This document shows positions 11,760 through 24,697 of a stretch of DNA of 46,734 bases, piece by piece. The notes beneath the pieces are model-generated. The model was not told the origin of the DNA and did no database searches. It saw only the letters and a program-made list of their open reading frames with translations. The DNA is taken from positions 20,360,691 to 20,407,424 of the forward strand of contig NC_068993.1 of assembly GCF_001194135.2 (NCBI RefSeq), in the 5' to 3' direction. This DNA comes from Octopus bimaculoides. Its lineage: Eukaryota. How positions within the stretch are numbered: position 1 is the stretch's first letter; each line of letters opens with the position of its first letter. A program made the translations under genes and the position numbers.

Positions 11760-12300
11760 CCGACTTTGTTGCCTCATAACTTGCTGAAAAATGGATATTT
11801 TTTACGGAAATTTTCTATAAATATGCTTCCAATAGTGTACATTCTGATTATAACAGAATATGTGGTGAAAAAAGTTTTTACGAGGGTGAGGAGTTTCGAA
11901 TAATTCACACGAGTCAGTTTTGTTTCCTCATAACTTTCAGAAAAATGAGTAATTTTTTATGACATTTTTCTATAAATGTCTTTCAGGGTATATAGATTAC
12001 GATTATATCGGAATTTGATATGAAAAAAACAAATTTGATGGGTTGGTACACATACATATTGACACACGTCTCATATATCAACAAAATGAATCATGAAATT
12101 TCGGAAAAAATTTAGATGTGTGTCAGTATGTATGTGTGTGCTCACTATTTTTCTTTTCACATCAAATTCCGATATAATCGCAGTTTACATACTTTGAAAT
12201 GTATTTGTAGAAAATTTCATTACAAAATACCCATTTTTCTGATAGTTATGAGGAAACAAAATCAACCCGTGTGAATTTTCCAAAACTCCTCTTCTCACCT
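11760..12300. repeat. Foldback/palindromic non-autonomous element with ~190-bp inverted arms and a partial tandem copy of the left arm
   Basis: 11882-12070 is the reverse complement of 12113-12300 (e.g. TTTGTTTCCTCATAACT..CAGAAAAATG and CGATTATATCGGAATTTGAT). 11760-11880 repeats part of the left arm. Confidence 0.8.
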
Positions 12301-12665
12301 CTCTTTTACTTGTTTCAATCATTTGACTGCGGCCATGCTGGAGCACCACCTTTAGTCGAGCAAATCGACCCCAGGACTTATTCTTTGTCATCCTACTATT
12401 TATTCTATCGGTATCTTTTGCCAAACCGTTAAGTTACGGGGACGTAAACACACCAGCATCGGTTGTCAAGCGATGTTAGGGGAACAAACACAGACACGCA
12501 AACATATACATATACATACATATACGACAGGCTTCTTTCAGTTTCTGTCGACCAAATCCACTCACAAGGCATTGGTCGGCCCGAGACTATAGTAGAAGAC
12601 ATTTGCCCAAGGGGCCACGCAGTGGGTATGAACCCGGAACCATGTGATTGGTAAGCAAGCTACTT
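12300..12665 (-). mobile_element. Abundant octopus tRNA-derived SINE (OK-like family)
   Basis: Minus head GCTTGCTTACCAATCACATGGTTCCGGGTTCATACCCACTGCGTGG, body GTGAGTGGATTTGG, 3' part CTCGACTAAAGGTGGTGCTCCAGCATGGCCGCAGTC. Also at 30833-31030, 31630-31800 and 38473-38830. Confidence 0.8.
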
Positions 12666-13149
12666 TATTTAATAAATATTTGCCATAAAAGTATTACAAA
12701 GAGGGGATGAACAAGGACAGAAGCAAGCTACTTCCCACACAGCCACTCTTGCGCCGAAAGGATTTTTCTTTTTCTTTTTTTTCACAGCAAATTCCAATAT
12801 AAACCGAATTTACACCATCTGAAGCATATTTGTAGAAACTTTTGTTAAAAATATCCTTTTTTTTTTTTTTGGAAGTTATGAAGATAGAAAGTCGACACAC
12901 ATGTATAGGAATGTCGTATCGTCGATCATGAGTAACTGAATAAAACTCTGGTTTAATAATGATTCTTTACCTTATCGCATGCAATAACATAAAGCAAACG
13001 CTTCACATTTCTAATGCAACGTTGTGTGGAGCATTTTTTATATTTTTGGACCATAAAGTAAACGAAAAAAAAAACATAGTGGGGATTAAGTTCAGAGAGA
13101 TATTACGTTTACTAGTAACAGAGTACCTCTCTTTCAGAGGGTGACACAG

Positions 13150-13760
13150 ACTGTAAGACATGTGTGTGAAGTATGGTGCTACATTGTGGTGAGACCCTAA
13201 AGGCAGAAGATTTGTGAGGAACAGAACGAAATAAACGAATGTTTTACATGCGTAACGTCAGTGCACATGAATAAGAGATTAAACATAGTTTACAAGGGAG
13301 AAGACTGTGTCATAAGGGAGAAGACTGTTAATTAGAGCATGCTTTTGCATGGATAACGACTGCTGCTGTGCGCTAGTAAATTGTGCTTGTGGAAGAATTA
13401 TCTTCCAGAAAGAGATAGAGCATAGTGGTGAAAACTGATCTCAAGATGCTGACCCTCACAAATAAGATGATAAGGGACTTCAAGCACGTATACCTGTGTC
13501 ACGTACATGCACCCGTGCTGGTGTCATGTAAAAAGCACCCATGCCAGTGTCACGTATAGAGCTCCCATACTGATGTCATGTAATAGCATTGGTACTGGTA
13601 CCACATAAAAAACACTCAGTACACTTTGGAAGGGCACCCAGCCATAAAAATCTTGTCAAAACAGACAATTGGTGCTTGGTGCAGCCCTTCAGCCTGCCAG
13701 CTCTTGTGAAACAGTCCAACACATGCCAGCATGTAAAACGGACTTTAAGTGATGATAATG
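13150..13760 (+). mobile_element. Decayed RTE LINE 3' end and tail
   Basis: Homologous to the ORF end and to the AAAAGCACCC..GGGCACCCAGCCATAAAA..CATGCCAGCATG..GATGAT tail. Confidence 0.65.
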
Positions 13761-14814
13761 TACTGGAATGAAGCTTGCTCTTTTGGGTACGCTGGGCAGA
13801 GAGAACTTTACCAAAAGTTTTTATGGCTGGGATGCTCTTGCTGCATTCATCCACTGCTTCTTCCTGCTTTCCTTTCACTGTCCGCTCTCCATAGCCTCCT
13901 TGCTCAGCAAGTTTTCATGGCATTCATTCGCTACTTTTCTACACATACACATGTATGTGTACAACCTCCATTGTAACTCCAGCCTCTCTTTCTATCATTG
14001 TTTTTGTTGCATTCACTCTCTATTCACCACCACATCTCTATGGTACTCTCAAGCCTTTCTTTTTCTCACTGTTATCACTGCATTCACCCATAGACACCTG
14101 TTAGTCTCTCTTTTGTTATTCTCTTTCCACCCACCTTCACTTAAGATGATTTCTCTGTATTCATCCTTTACCCCTCTATAGTACCTTTTGACCTCTCTTT
14201 TTCTCTCTGTTTTCCAAGTTCGATAGTTCAACATGATACAATGAGTTGGAAAATGAGATCATGGTCCAGTAAATCAGTTTGGACTGGATGTTTTGTGAAT
14301 ACCAATCACTTTACAGAGTGTACTAAGTGCTTACTTCATAGCGCCAGCACCAGTGAAATCACATTGTAACTCACTAGACTAAACAGCCTTCTTCTCCACA
14401 ACTGATTAGAGAAACAGTACTTACTGTTACTAAGCATCAGAAAAGTGTTCCTCTCCATGAGACTGCTTGTAATTCCAATACACTTCAGGTGCATCTGTAG
14501 TTTGCACTGGGTACACCATATGAAATTTTTATCAATTTCTGGTGATAATCATTGAGTTGTATCTTCTACCAGTATTTTTGTCACTGCCAAGTTTACTTTC
14601 AATCCTTTTTCATTGCTAGGTTTTGCTTTCACACTTGAAATTTTTCATTAATTCTGCTTCAGAGGTGGGGAAAGAGAGCTTGGTCAAGTGTCTTTTATCA
14701 TAATCTGGAGTTGACAGAATATTTGTGAGTGCTACTAGGTAGACAAAAACTGTGCTGAAGCCCTTTAAATGGGTTCTACCATACTGTCATGCTTATTCCA
14801 CTACAAAAGTACTT

Positions 14815-15236
14815 CAACCCCTTAGCATACTACCAATTACTTATTTATTCATATTGTTTTGAATTTATTATACATTAACTAGTAGCTTTGAGATTTTGAT
14901 GATAAACTTGCTTATTTTTAGCATGACATTGTAGGGTAGGTGTGAGAGGCTGAATCTGGTCAGTTTGAACATAGAATAAGTAGAATATTTGGGCCAGATA
15001 TGGCTGGTTTAATCCTTTAGCACTCAGATTATTCAATCAAATATAATGCTTATTTATTCACATTGTTTTGAATTAATCATGTATTACCTCACAGCTTTGA
15101 AATTTCGGTAAAGTGATTGTTTATCTTTAAAATGACATTACGGGTTAGGTGTGAGAGGCCAAGTCTAGCCATTTTAATCATTAAAGCAAGTAGTATACTT
15201 AGGCCAGATATGACTAGTTTAAATGCTAAAGGGTTA
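14815..15236. mobile_element. Two tandem copies of a piggyBac-type MITE
   Basis: Units 14815-15010 and 15011-15236 with CCCTTAGCA / TGCTAAAGGG ends, reverse-oriented relatives of 22117-22333. Confidence 0.65.
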
Positions 15237-15503
15237 CATGCTAATGAGTTAAGGGCACTCAGGTCTGTGGAATGTTCAGCTACATTAATTCAAAGATCAG
15301 GTGGTTCACTTATTAAACAACTGAATATGCATCAGTAAAACCAATAGGGAACCAGTTATATTTTTTTATTTCAAATGCACACATACACACACAGACAACT
15401 AACTTGCATGCATGCCTTCCTTACCAGAGGTGTAGCATCATATGAAGGCTAAAACAACATGAGGAAGCACACATCTGATAGTTTGGTCAATGCAATGATA
15501 GTG

Positions 15504-15535
<32 letters not shown>

Positions 15536-15547
15536 GTATATATATAT

Positions 15548-15795
15548 GAAGGCGCATGGTTTAGTGGTTAGGGTGTTCCATGCACGGTTGCAAGACCATG
15601 GGTTCAATTCCTAGACCAGGCACTGCCTTGTGTTCTTGAGCAAAGCACTTCATTTCACATTGCCCATCTAACATGCGGCACGCAGTGTACTTGTACAGGT
15701 AATGTTGATTTGATGAAGGGAGTGAGCTTCTGTATACACAAACGTTTGATCACTATAAACAAATCATCTGTGTAGTTGTTCGACAACAAATTGCC
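15548..15795 (+). mobile_element. tRNA-derived SINE (CORE/V-like)
   Basis: GGCGCATGGTTTAGTGGTTAGGGTG..GGGTTCAATTCC..TTGTGTTCTTGAGCAAAGCACTT. Confidence 0.75.
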
Positions 15796-15799
15796 AAAT

Positions 15800-16868
15800 C
15801 CTCAAGCATTGTCTAGCAATGAGAAAGTCTGATATATAGTAGTGGGGGTGGGTGCGCTGAAAATGTAGCTGCTAGAATAAGAATAGCCTGGGCAAAGTTT
15901 AGAGAGCTCTTACCCCTGGTGGCGACAAAGGGACTCTCACTCAGAGTAAAAGGCAGACTGTATGACGCATGTGTACGAACAGCCATGCTACATGGCAGTG
16001 AAACATGGGCTGTAACTGCTGAGGACATACGTAAGCTCACAAAGACTGAAGCCAGTATGCTCCGTTGGATGTGTAATGTCAATGTGAATACCCGTCAGAG
16101 TGTAAGTATCTTGAGAGAAAAGCTGAACATTAGAAGCATCAGTTGTGGTGTGCAAGAGAGACGATTGCGCTNNNNNNNNNNNNNNNNNNNNNNNNNNNNN
16201 NNNNNNNNNNNNNNNNNNNNNNNNNNNNNNNNNNNNNNNNNNNNNNNNNNNNNNNNNNNNNNNNNNNNNNNNNNNNNNNNNNNNNNNNNNNNNNNNNNNN
16301 NNNNNNNNNNNNNNNNNNNNNNNNNNNNNNNNNNNNNNNNNNNNNNNNNNNNNNNNNNNNNNNNNNNNNNNNNNNNNNNNNNNNNNNNNNNNNNNNNNNN
16401 NNNNNNNNNNNNNNNNNNNNNNNNNNNNNNNNNNNNNNNNNNNNNNNNNNNNNNNNNNNNNNNNNNNNNNNNNNNNNNNNNNNNNNNNNNNNNNNNNNNN
16501 NNNNNNNNNNNNNNNNNNNNNNNNNNNNNNNNNNNNNNNNNNNNNNNNNNNNNNNNNNNNNNNNNNNNNNNNNNNNNGATTTTCGAGCGAGATCGTTGCC
16601 AGTGCCCCTGGACTGGCTTGTGCGAGTGGCACATAAAAGACACCATTTCGAGCGTGGCCGTTGCCAGTATCGCCTGACTGGCCTTTGTGCAGGTGACACG
16701 TAAAAGCACCTACTACACTCTCTGAGTGGTTGGCGTTAGGAAGGGCATCCAGCTGTAGAAACTCTGCCAAATTTAGATTGGAGCCTGGTGTTGCCATCCG
16801 GTTTCACCAGTCCTCAGTCAAGTCGTCCAACCCATGCTAGCATGGAAAGCGGACGTTAAACGATGATG
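15800..16868 (+). mobile_element. Young RTE LINE 3' end (ORF end, 3' UTR, (GAT)n tail), interrupted by a gap
   Basis: ORF piece KGRLYDACVRTAMLHGSETWAVT..MLRWMCNV, then tail CCATGCTAGCATGGAAAGCGGACGTTAAACGATGATGA. Confidence 0.9.
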
Positions 16869-16907
16869 AGTGTAGTGGGTGCTTTTATGTGCTACCAGCA
16901 CGAAGGC

Positions 16908-17400
16908 TGGTGGTATCAAAAAGTTCCTGGATTAGCTATGTTCAATAAAAAATAACTTATTTACCTAAGTTTTAATATCATCTCCTTTGAAATAGTCACC
17001 TTGTGCAGCAATACACTAGTCCCAGCGTTCCTGCGATTTTTGGAACCGGGCCCGGAAGTAGTTTTCCATAAGCAAGTGGGGGACCTTCTGCGATTTGCTC
17101 TAGATCTCGACAACAGTGTTAAAATGGCAACATTTGAGCTGCATTTTCATCTTGGAGAAGAGAGGGAAATCTGTAGGTGCTAAATCTGGCAAATAGGGCA
17201 GGTGAGGAAGAGATATCATGTTTTTGGTGAGAGACTCATGAGTGAGGAGAGCTTGGTGACAGGGTGTATTGTCGTCATGAAGAAGCCAATTCTTCATGCT
17301 CCACAGATCTGACTGCTTTTGCAGAATGTTCTCCCTCAAATGCTGCAGTAGAACTTGATTGACAGTCTGACCCTGGGGAACAAATTCTCGATACACAGTA
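16908..17400 (-). mobile_element. Mariner transposon 3' relic
   Basis: ORF 17100-17396 FVPQGQTVNQ..LLHDDNTPCH..PYLPDLAPTDFPLFSKMK (DD34D mariner motifs, decayed). TIR-like GGTATCAAAAAGTTCCTGGA near 16912. Confidence 0.85.
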
Positions 17401-18054
17401 CCACAGTATGCAATGCTCAGATTATGAACATGGATCCATCAGCATCATTAAATGTTTTTTCATGTTGGCATAGATAGGATGGTTTGAAAGGTATCAACAA
17501 GTCAGAAAACTACACCAAGCTCTGCTCACTGCTTTGGCATGGTCACTATGGCTGGATGCCCTTTCTAATGCCAACCACTTTACTGAGTACTTTTTTATGT
17601 GGGGTGCTGAGTACATTTTTAGGACAATAATCCAAATCCTGGTCAAAAATGGTGTATATCAAGCCATACAAGAATTAAGAAATAAACCACTCCACAATTG
17701 GGTAATTAATAAATAAATAAAAATCTTAAGCTGGGTTAATTCTGCTCTACCATCTTTACCAAAGACATTGGTTAAGGCTGTTTTTTTTTAACCTTACTAT
17801 ATTGTATTTTGTATGCAGAATACTCCCTCAGTTATATAATTACCATTCTCAAACCTTCTTTCCCAGAATGTCAATTATCCCACTGGAGTTTTCTCCATGT
17901 CAATGTTCTTTTGCAACAGTTGTTCAAGAACATCAACTTTATTGATCACACCAGTTTTTGAGGGCCTGTAAAGGCCTTGAACAACAGCCCCTTCTTCCAG
18001 GTTAAGCTAATAAATAAAAAATAATATAAAACAGAGTTGAAAATACAATAAAAT

Positions 18055-18060
18055 TTTATT
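18055..18060 (-). terminator. Probable distal poly(A) signal of AKAP17A
   Basis: AATAAA on the minus strand, then a CA about 17 nt downstream and a U-rich tract, ending a ~4.3-kb AT-rich, repeat-poor stretch below the stop codon. Other AATAAA sites exist upstream (e.g. 18275-18280). Confidence 0.45.
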
Positions 18061-20521
18061 GTTCCTTATGAATTTATATACAGAAATACATAACAGATAT
18101 ATACAGTTACGGTTTCTTTTAAACCAGATATTTAGGCAAGTGTGTCTGAAAGGTTGACAATCATTATGAAATATGCAGATTCACAATCATGTATTCTGAT
18201 CACAATTAACAAGTTAATTAGTTAATTGTATAAAAGCTGTCATTATTTATAAAAAAATAACTTCCATGTTACAATTTATTTTATAAAAAAAAAAAAGGAA
18301 TTCAATAAATAACTTTGCAGTTTTTTTGTTTTTTCTTTTACTATAAATATAAAATAAAAAGTGAAGAAAATATAAATAAATATTTGTCCTTATTGGTGGA
18401 AACATTTAGAAGATCTAGTTTGGTGGTACTTGAGGAAAATTAATAAATCCTTTACACAAACTATGATAGCAATTGTTTAGTGATGACTTCTGTTCATTAT
18501 GACAGTCATGAAAACTAAATAGTGAAATAGATTTTACCAACTTGACTGTGGAATAATTATGAAAAAAAAAGAAAAAAAAGATGAAATACTGAAATACTAA
18601 ACTCTCGCTCTGTTGGGCATGATTTCATGGTCTATCAATGATACTATAATGTTGGAGAAGACACTTAACTCTCTGAACTGCAGACACTAAAGGAAAAGAT
18701 ATTTTGCAGTACAAATCAGACACATTTGAAATAGCATTTAGACAATCAAGCATGAATCCAGTCCAACAAAAAGGCTATATTATAGTAATATTATCATAAG
18801 AATACATTTTAAGTAATTTAAAAGCTACAAGTACTACATGTTTTTCACACAAATCACCTCAGCTTTTGTGTTCTGACCTAAGCCACATTTCTGTCAGTCT
18901 AATATCTATCTCATGTCCATATTCTTAATTATATATATAGACAGCAAGTAGGACTGAACTCCTAACCTATATTGTAATGCAAAGTTTTAAAACTTATCCT
19001 CTATGCACATTAAAAATAAATACATTTCTGAATTCAGTCCCAGCTAAAGTATATGTATATATGTAGTAATAAGGAATCTGAAAATTACTAGAGAACAGCC
19101 CAGTCAAAAAAGATAAGGTTAAGAGTGCTTTACTACACTGATTATTTTAACAAAAACAAAAAAACGATATGTGAAGATTTGAATCAATTTACATTTTTAC
19201 ATAGATCAGCCAAGCATCTTAATGTGGCAAGCACTCAGACATTCTCATGGATTGAATCAATGGCAATGATTATTGGTCAAAATTACAATTTGAAAGATAT
19301 CTACTATTCTCATTTCTTTAAAACACATTTACTATAAATTTTGGCCTTTTCACTTCCACACTCAATTCTACACACGTGCCACAATATAAGTTTCAAACAT
19401 GCAGCGCAGTTATCTTTTAACACTTTATCTCAATGGCAACTTGATTTAGGTATGACTTCATTCCCCAGTGCTCAATAAGAAAACTGCCGTTGAGCTCTCA
19501 CTTCCTTCTATCTCTATTTCTACCACCACCACAACCTTAACCCACTTGTTACAGCCTCTTTTTCTCATGTTATCATGTCTGTATTTGACATACACCCTCA
19601 AAATCTATATAAAACAATTTGTCTAATTTTGCTTTCCTAAATCTACATGGAACTTTTTCTACTTTGAGATTCTTTCCCAACCACAAAGTAAAATAATGTC
19701 CTAAGACTTCTGATGTGCAACAAAAACACAGTACGATTTACAGAACAAATGGCCAGGATTTGAAGTTCTTATGAGATGAGGCATTTTTATGGCATGAAAT
19801 TTCCAGTTTCCAGTTGGAACACTGTAAACAGCATTTTAACCACTAAAAAACAGAAATAACTATAAGAGAATTACTGCAGTTTGATATGTCTTGAAGGAAA
19901 CCCGATATTTATACATGTATTTAAAAGTGAATGCAAAGAAAATTTTTAAAAAAATTATATTACATGATACGGTCTTTGAAATTTATAGAAAAATGGAATG
20001 ATAAAAGTGGCATTGGATGAAAAAAGAATGTTATATTCCAAAGCTTTCTCTATAAAATTTATGTTGAATAGAATTGCAAGTTAGACATAAGGAAGTGAGA
20101 AAATTCTATAAGACAATGAGGAATCAAGTGGAAAAGAAAAAACATGCAAAAGGTTCTTCAATAAAATGTTTTTTTCTTAAATGGGCCATAAATCTTATAA
20201 AATACCACAAACAAAAGGCAATGGTGAAAGAAATTTTTAAAACTGCTTTCATAATATAACAGATTATAATAAAACCATTTGATATATTCTTATTTCCAAG
20301 AATATAGTAAACTGATACTTAATACTGCATGTTAAAGCATTTCTGTGATATTGAATGTTAGTTTTAGGTTATTTAATAGTTAAGAGAATTAGTGAACTTT
20401 TGTTTCCCACAAATTCCAATTTAAAGGCTTAATATAAATTAAACTACAATAAGGAATTAAGTTCTGATCAAGATAAGGTCTGTAGCAAATGGCAAAATAC
20501 TTAGTGTTGTGTGTGTGTGCG

Positions 20522-20599
<78 letters not shown>

Positions 20600-22116
20600 T
20601 TAGTTGGTTCAATAAAATATAGTATGTTGGTTACTGCATGTGCATCACTAATGAAAAGGAAAAGTCAAAACTTGATCCCTAGATTGGACCTTCACATACA
20701 GAAATAAAAGTTTCTGGAATGTTACAGTGTGCGAGATCTTGATTTCTTAAAGAGACACAAAGCTTTAGATTTTAAACAAGGGTGAATGTGTTGTTCTAAG
20801 ATTAACACTGACCTCACAAATATCAACAAAACAAGTGAAATAGCTTTAACTGGAAATCAATTGGCTACTTTATATCTTTATGTATTGAAATTGGTTCGTT
20901 GAAGTATTATAATGTGAAGTTCTTAAAAAAAACTTTTGAATGATTAAGCATATTAGGTGTGGTGCACAAAAATCTCATAAATATTTTCATTGAATGTTTT
21001 CTGTTGCTGTTACAACTGTTACAAGTTCTTTTTATTGTTGGGCAATCATTTAGCACTTCCTAAAATTGTTACTACCAAATCAAAGAATTATCCATATAAA
21101 TATTCTTGTAAACACTCATCCCAGCAATGGATTCCCTAATTACAACACATATCATGAATAAACCCTCAGCAGTATCCAGCATTTAAGTTGGATTGTTTCT
21201 GATGCTCTACCATTCATCATTTTGGACATTTAGTTATTAACATGTAACGTATTCAAAGCTTGTACACCTTACAAATAGGGCAAAAGAAACATAATAAAAT
21301 AATATAAAATTTAGTTTTTATAACATTTCAAAGAAAATAATTCCCAAGCTGTGTTTTTCTCAAGAAATACAGAATGGGATGGACCTCAAATAAAACTTGG
21401 TGTAGTCTTAGTGAAATAGTTCAAATCATGTAAATAATGTACACAACATAGTTTTCAAAAAATATGAATTTTTTAGACTTTGGATCTCAGTTTGAAGTTT
21501 GGCCTTTATCTTTTTGATCAATTCATATTTATGATTCAATGCAAGCATGGATTTTATATATTTGGATTAGCATTTACACATTTTGGAACAATTATTGTTA
21601 TGAGGAGGAGTCACAATAGTAAAATAGATAAGAGGCCAACTTTTGAATACTATCTTCTCTCCACCTGATACTTAGCATAAAAAAAGGGAAAATTAGGAAA
21701 AGCACTCTTGTGCTGCAGTGTCAAATATAAGCTGGTATATGATTTAATTTTTCACAGTTTTGAGATCAACTCCTCTAAAACGAGAATCATTTAGTCTGAT
21801 ACTTATATTTCTATCCATTTGCTGAAGTGGGTTGGTACCAAGTTTTCACCAATGAAATTAAAACTCTGTGCCTTGCCTCACATTAAACTTATGTCATTCG
21901 TAACCAGCAGCAAACAGCTTCAATATATTCAGAACTTTCTCATTTGCAATGCAGACATTTAAAATCAAATAAGAAAGTAAATGATTATAATTGGAAAGGT
22001 AGTTAGAAATGAAAATAATACATTAAGTAAAACTGCAAAGTTTTCAACTAAAAATAAATAAGCATTAACCTTAAATAGCTTGACCTTTCATTTCTGTAGA
22101 TGGAAATATCAGTTAA

Positions 22117-22333
22117 CCCTTTAGCATTTAAACTGGCCACATCCAGCCCAAATGTTTTTACCTGTTTCTCATTTAAACTGGCTAGATCTGGCCTCTTACA
22201 TCAACCCTACAATGTTGTTCTAAAAATAATTACATCATTGGAATCTTGAAGCTAGGAAATAATGCATGATTAATTCAAGATAATATGAATAAATAAGCAT
22301 TACATTTGACAGAGTAATCTGAATGCCAAAGGG
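22117..22333. mobile_element. piggyBac-type MITE in the AKAP17A 3' UTR
   Basis: TTAA (22113-22116) CCCTTTAGCATT ... AATGCCAAAGGG TTAA (22334-22337). Confidence 0.85.
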
Positions 22334-22356
22334 TTAAAAGCCAGACAAGAGCAGTG

Positions 22357-22650
22357 TTATCTTTTCATAACAACCGCACTCTTTAAGCGAACAGTACTTT
22401 GAGTAAGTTTCATCCGTAAAGCCTCACGGTTCTCCTCCTTTTGTCGATCTTTAGCAGCTTGCCTTTTCCGAAGAAGTCTTTCGCGAAGTACTCGCTCTTG
22501 TTCTTTCATGTCCATCTGTTTCTTCAGTTCAGCTTCGACTCGTTTCTTGTCCTCCTCAATTTGTTTCAGTTTGCTCAATTCCATTTGTCTCAGTTTTTCT
22601 TTCTCTTGAGCTGCTTGCTGTTGAAGTTCGTTCTCTTTCATCTTCACAGT
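22357..22650 (-). CDS. AKAP17A: AKAP17A coding exon 4 (terminal; coiled coil, stop TAA)
   Basis: Acceptor TGTTTTTCAG|ACT, phase 0, matching exon 3. TVKMKENELQQQ..ERVLRERLLRKR..KSAVVMKR*; ERLL motif as in human ERELRERLL. Confidence 0.85.
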   Translation of the reverse strand, partial: TVKMKENELQQQAAQEKEKLRQMELSKLKQIEEDKKRVEAELKKQMDMKEQERVLRERLLRKRQAAKDRQKEENREALRMKLTQSTVRLKSAVVMKR

Positions 22651-22956
22651 CTGAAAAACAGAAGGACATTAGAGACAGAGAGTAAAAGAGGCACAAAAGT
22701 ATAGGGTGAAAAGAAAGTTTAGATGATTGTAGTCCTGAGAAAGAAAATCTAGACAGAGTATTTAGACTGAATTCTAGAGGAAGAAAGGAAGTTCTTAATA
22801 TCATTTAGTTACGGATAAAAGGCATTGGCTGAAGTTGACAAAAAAACAAAAACAAAAAAACCAAGTTTTCAATGATTGTTGCACAAGCTCAAGAAAGGAA
22901 GAATTTGCAAAGGAGAAAGAAAACAAAAGTGAAACGAAAGGCACAAGATATTTTAC

Positions 22957-23197
22957 CTTGACATTGTTGAATATTTCATTCATTAAGCGTAAAGAATCCA
23001 GTTTACGTTGAGTTATCAACAGCTTACGGCTCTCTTGGGCAACTTTGAGACTAGCTTTTTCCTCCTCTTCTCGCTTGCGTTTAGCAATTTGTTTCTGCCG
23101 ACGTTTCTCTTCCCTCTCGCGCCGACGCAGTTCCTGTTGTTGTAGTTTTTCTGCAAGTTTGCGCTCCTTTTCTCGTTTCTCATATTCAATTCTTAGT
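22957..23197 (-). CDS. AKAP17A: AKAP17A coding exon 3
   Basis: Acceptor TTTATTTACAG|A (phase 2, completes AGA), donor AAG|GTAAAA. ESRKLLITQRKLDSLRLMNEIF aligns with human EERKLLLAQRNLQSIRLIAELL. Confidence 0.92.
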
Positions 23198-23384
23198 CTG
23201 TAAATAAATTGGCACCAATCCATAACATTTAAATCAATTTAATTTCTCGTCAAAGATCAATGTTTAAAAAGTAGCAAAAGTGGACCTAGTACTAATAATG
23301 CATTGATTTAACATACTTCAGACTTAATAATGATTTCAAATTTTGGCACAAAGCCATTAATTTTAGGGGATGCGGTTAGTTGAT

Positions 23385-23530
23385 TACATTGATTCTCAAT
23401 GTTCAACTGGTACTTAATTTATCAACTGCCAAATGGATGAAAAGCAAAGCCAACCTCGGCGGAATTTGAACTCAGAAATGCCACTAAGCATTTTGCCTGG
23501 TGTGCTAACAATTCTGCTAGCCTGCAGCTT
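23385..23530 (-). mobile_element. Nin/Deu-domain tRNA-derived SINE
   Basis: GGATGAAAAGCAAAGCCAACCTCGGCGGAATTTGAACTCAGAA..GCATTTTGCCTGGTGTGCTAAC on plus is the reverse of a tRNA head plus Nin core. Confidence 0.7.
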
Positions 23531-24697
23531 TTCAGATTTAATAACAATATAATATATTAATAAATGATTTTAAAGGATAAAAATTATGTGAGTGGGGTTG
23601 AAAATATAAACTTCTAAAATAGAGGGAGACAGATGTTCTGCAGACCTCCAGGGTAGGGAGAAAATGAAGCATAAAACAGAAGCCTGATAAAGCAATAATA
23701 GCAAGAAATAAATAGAGAAAAGAGAAATACTATTAGAGTGGCTGGCAAGTAGGGTTGAGAATGACTGCGATAAAAGGGACGAAGGCTGTGTGTGTGTGTA
23801 AGTATTTGCACGAGTGAGAATGCAAATAGAAAACAGAAAAAGGGCACATAAGTTACCTTTGATATAGAGGATTATCTGTGATTGGATAACACACCTATCT
23901 AATTAGATATGTATTGGGTCATTTCATAAATAATGCAGGTTTTTTTTATACTTCGTTTATTTTTCAAAATTAAGATAAAGTTCTTTTTTGATCTAAAATA
24001 TACTCCCCCTCATTTTCTAAAATGCTCTTCTATCTATCTGCTAGATTTGCAAGGCCCCTCTTCCAAAATTCACTTGACCCTGATGAAAAATACTCATCCA
24101 GTACTGTTCTGACTTCATCTACAGAATTCATATTTTTTCTGTCCAAATGACTTTGATCACTCTGATGAGGTAATGTCCAGTAAATATGGTGGGTGGGGTA
24201 TCGTTTCCCATTCAAACTGCTCCAGCATTTGGAATGTCATCCTTGCTGTATGTGGCCAAACATTATTCTGGTGAGAACACCTTTTGTGTTGAAACCAAAG
24301 ATGGTTGTTTTTCTCCTAGTGCTGACTTAAGCCAGCCAAGCTGATCACAGTAGATCTCCTTTGTTATCATTTGGTTTGGGTTTAAAAGTTCAAAGTGGAC
24401 TAAAGCATTCATATTTTATATGGGTGAAGACCTTCTTTAGCCTGGGGTGCTGGTGTTTCTCCTTTCCCTACCCACTGTCTTCGGCGCTTGACATTTTTAT
24501 AGAGAACCCATTTCTTGTCACCAGTCACTATTCACTTTGCTGTCACATCTCACGATAGTGAGATGTGACAGCAAAGAGCACACATTCACTCTCTACACAT
24601 GATTAGACTCAGAGAATACAGTTCTATATTTAAGAGATGAGGAATTATGTACATTATTTACAATTGACGGATATTTGTCCTCATCTTGTTTGTTGTT

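Noticed and set aside
12690-13150. Plus-strand acceptor TTTTTTTCACAG at about 12786 suggesting an exon
   Set aside because: No matching donor or coding signal; poly-T tracts are common here.
17819-17990. Plus-strand exon (TGCAG| ... CCAG|GTTAAG)
   Set aside because: Stops in all three frames and no plus-strand gene context.
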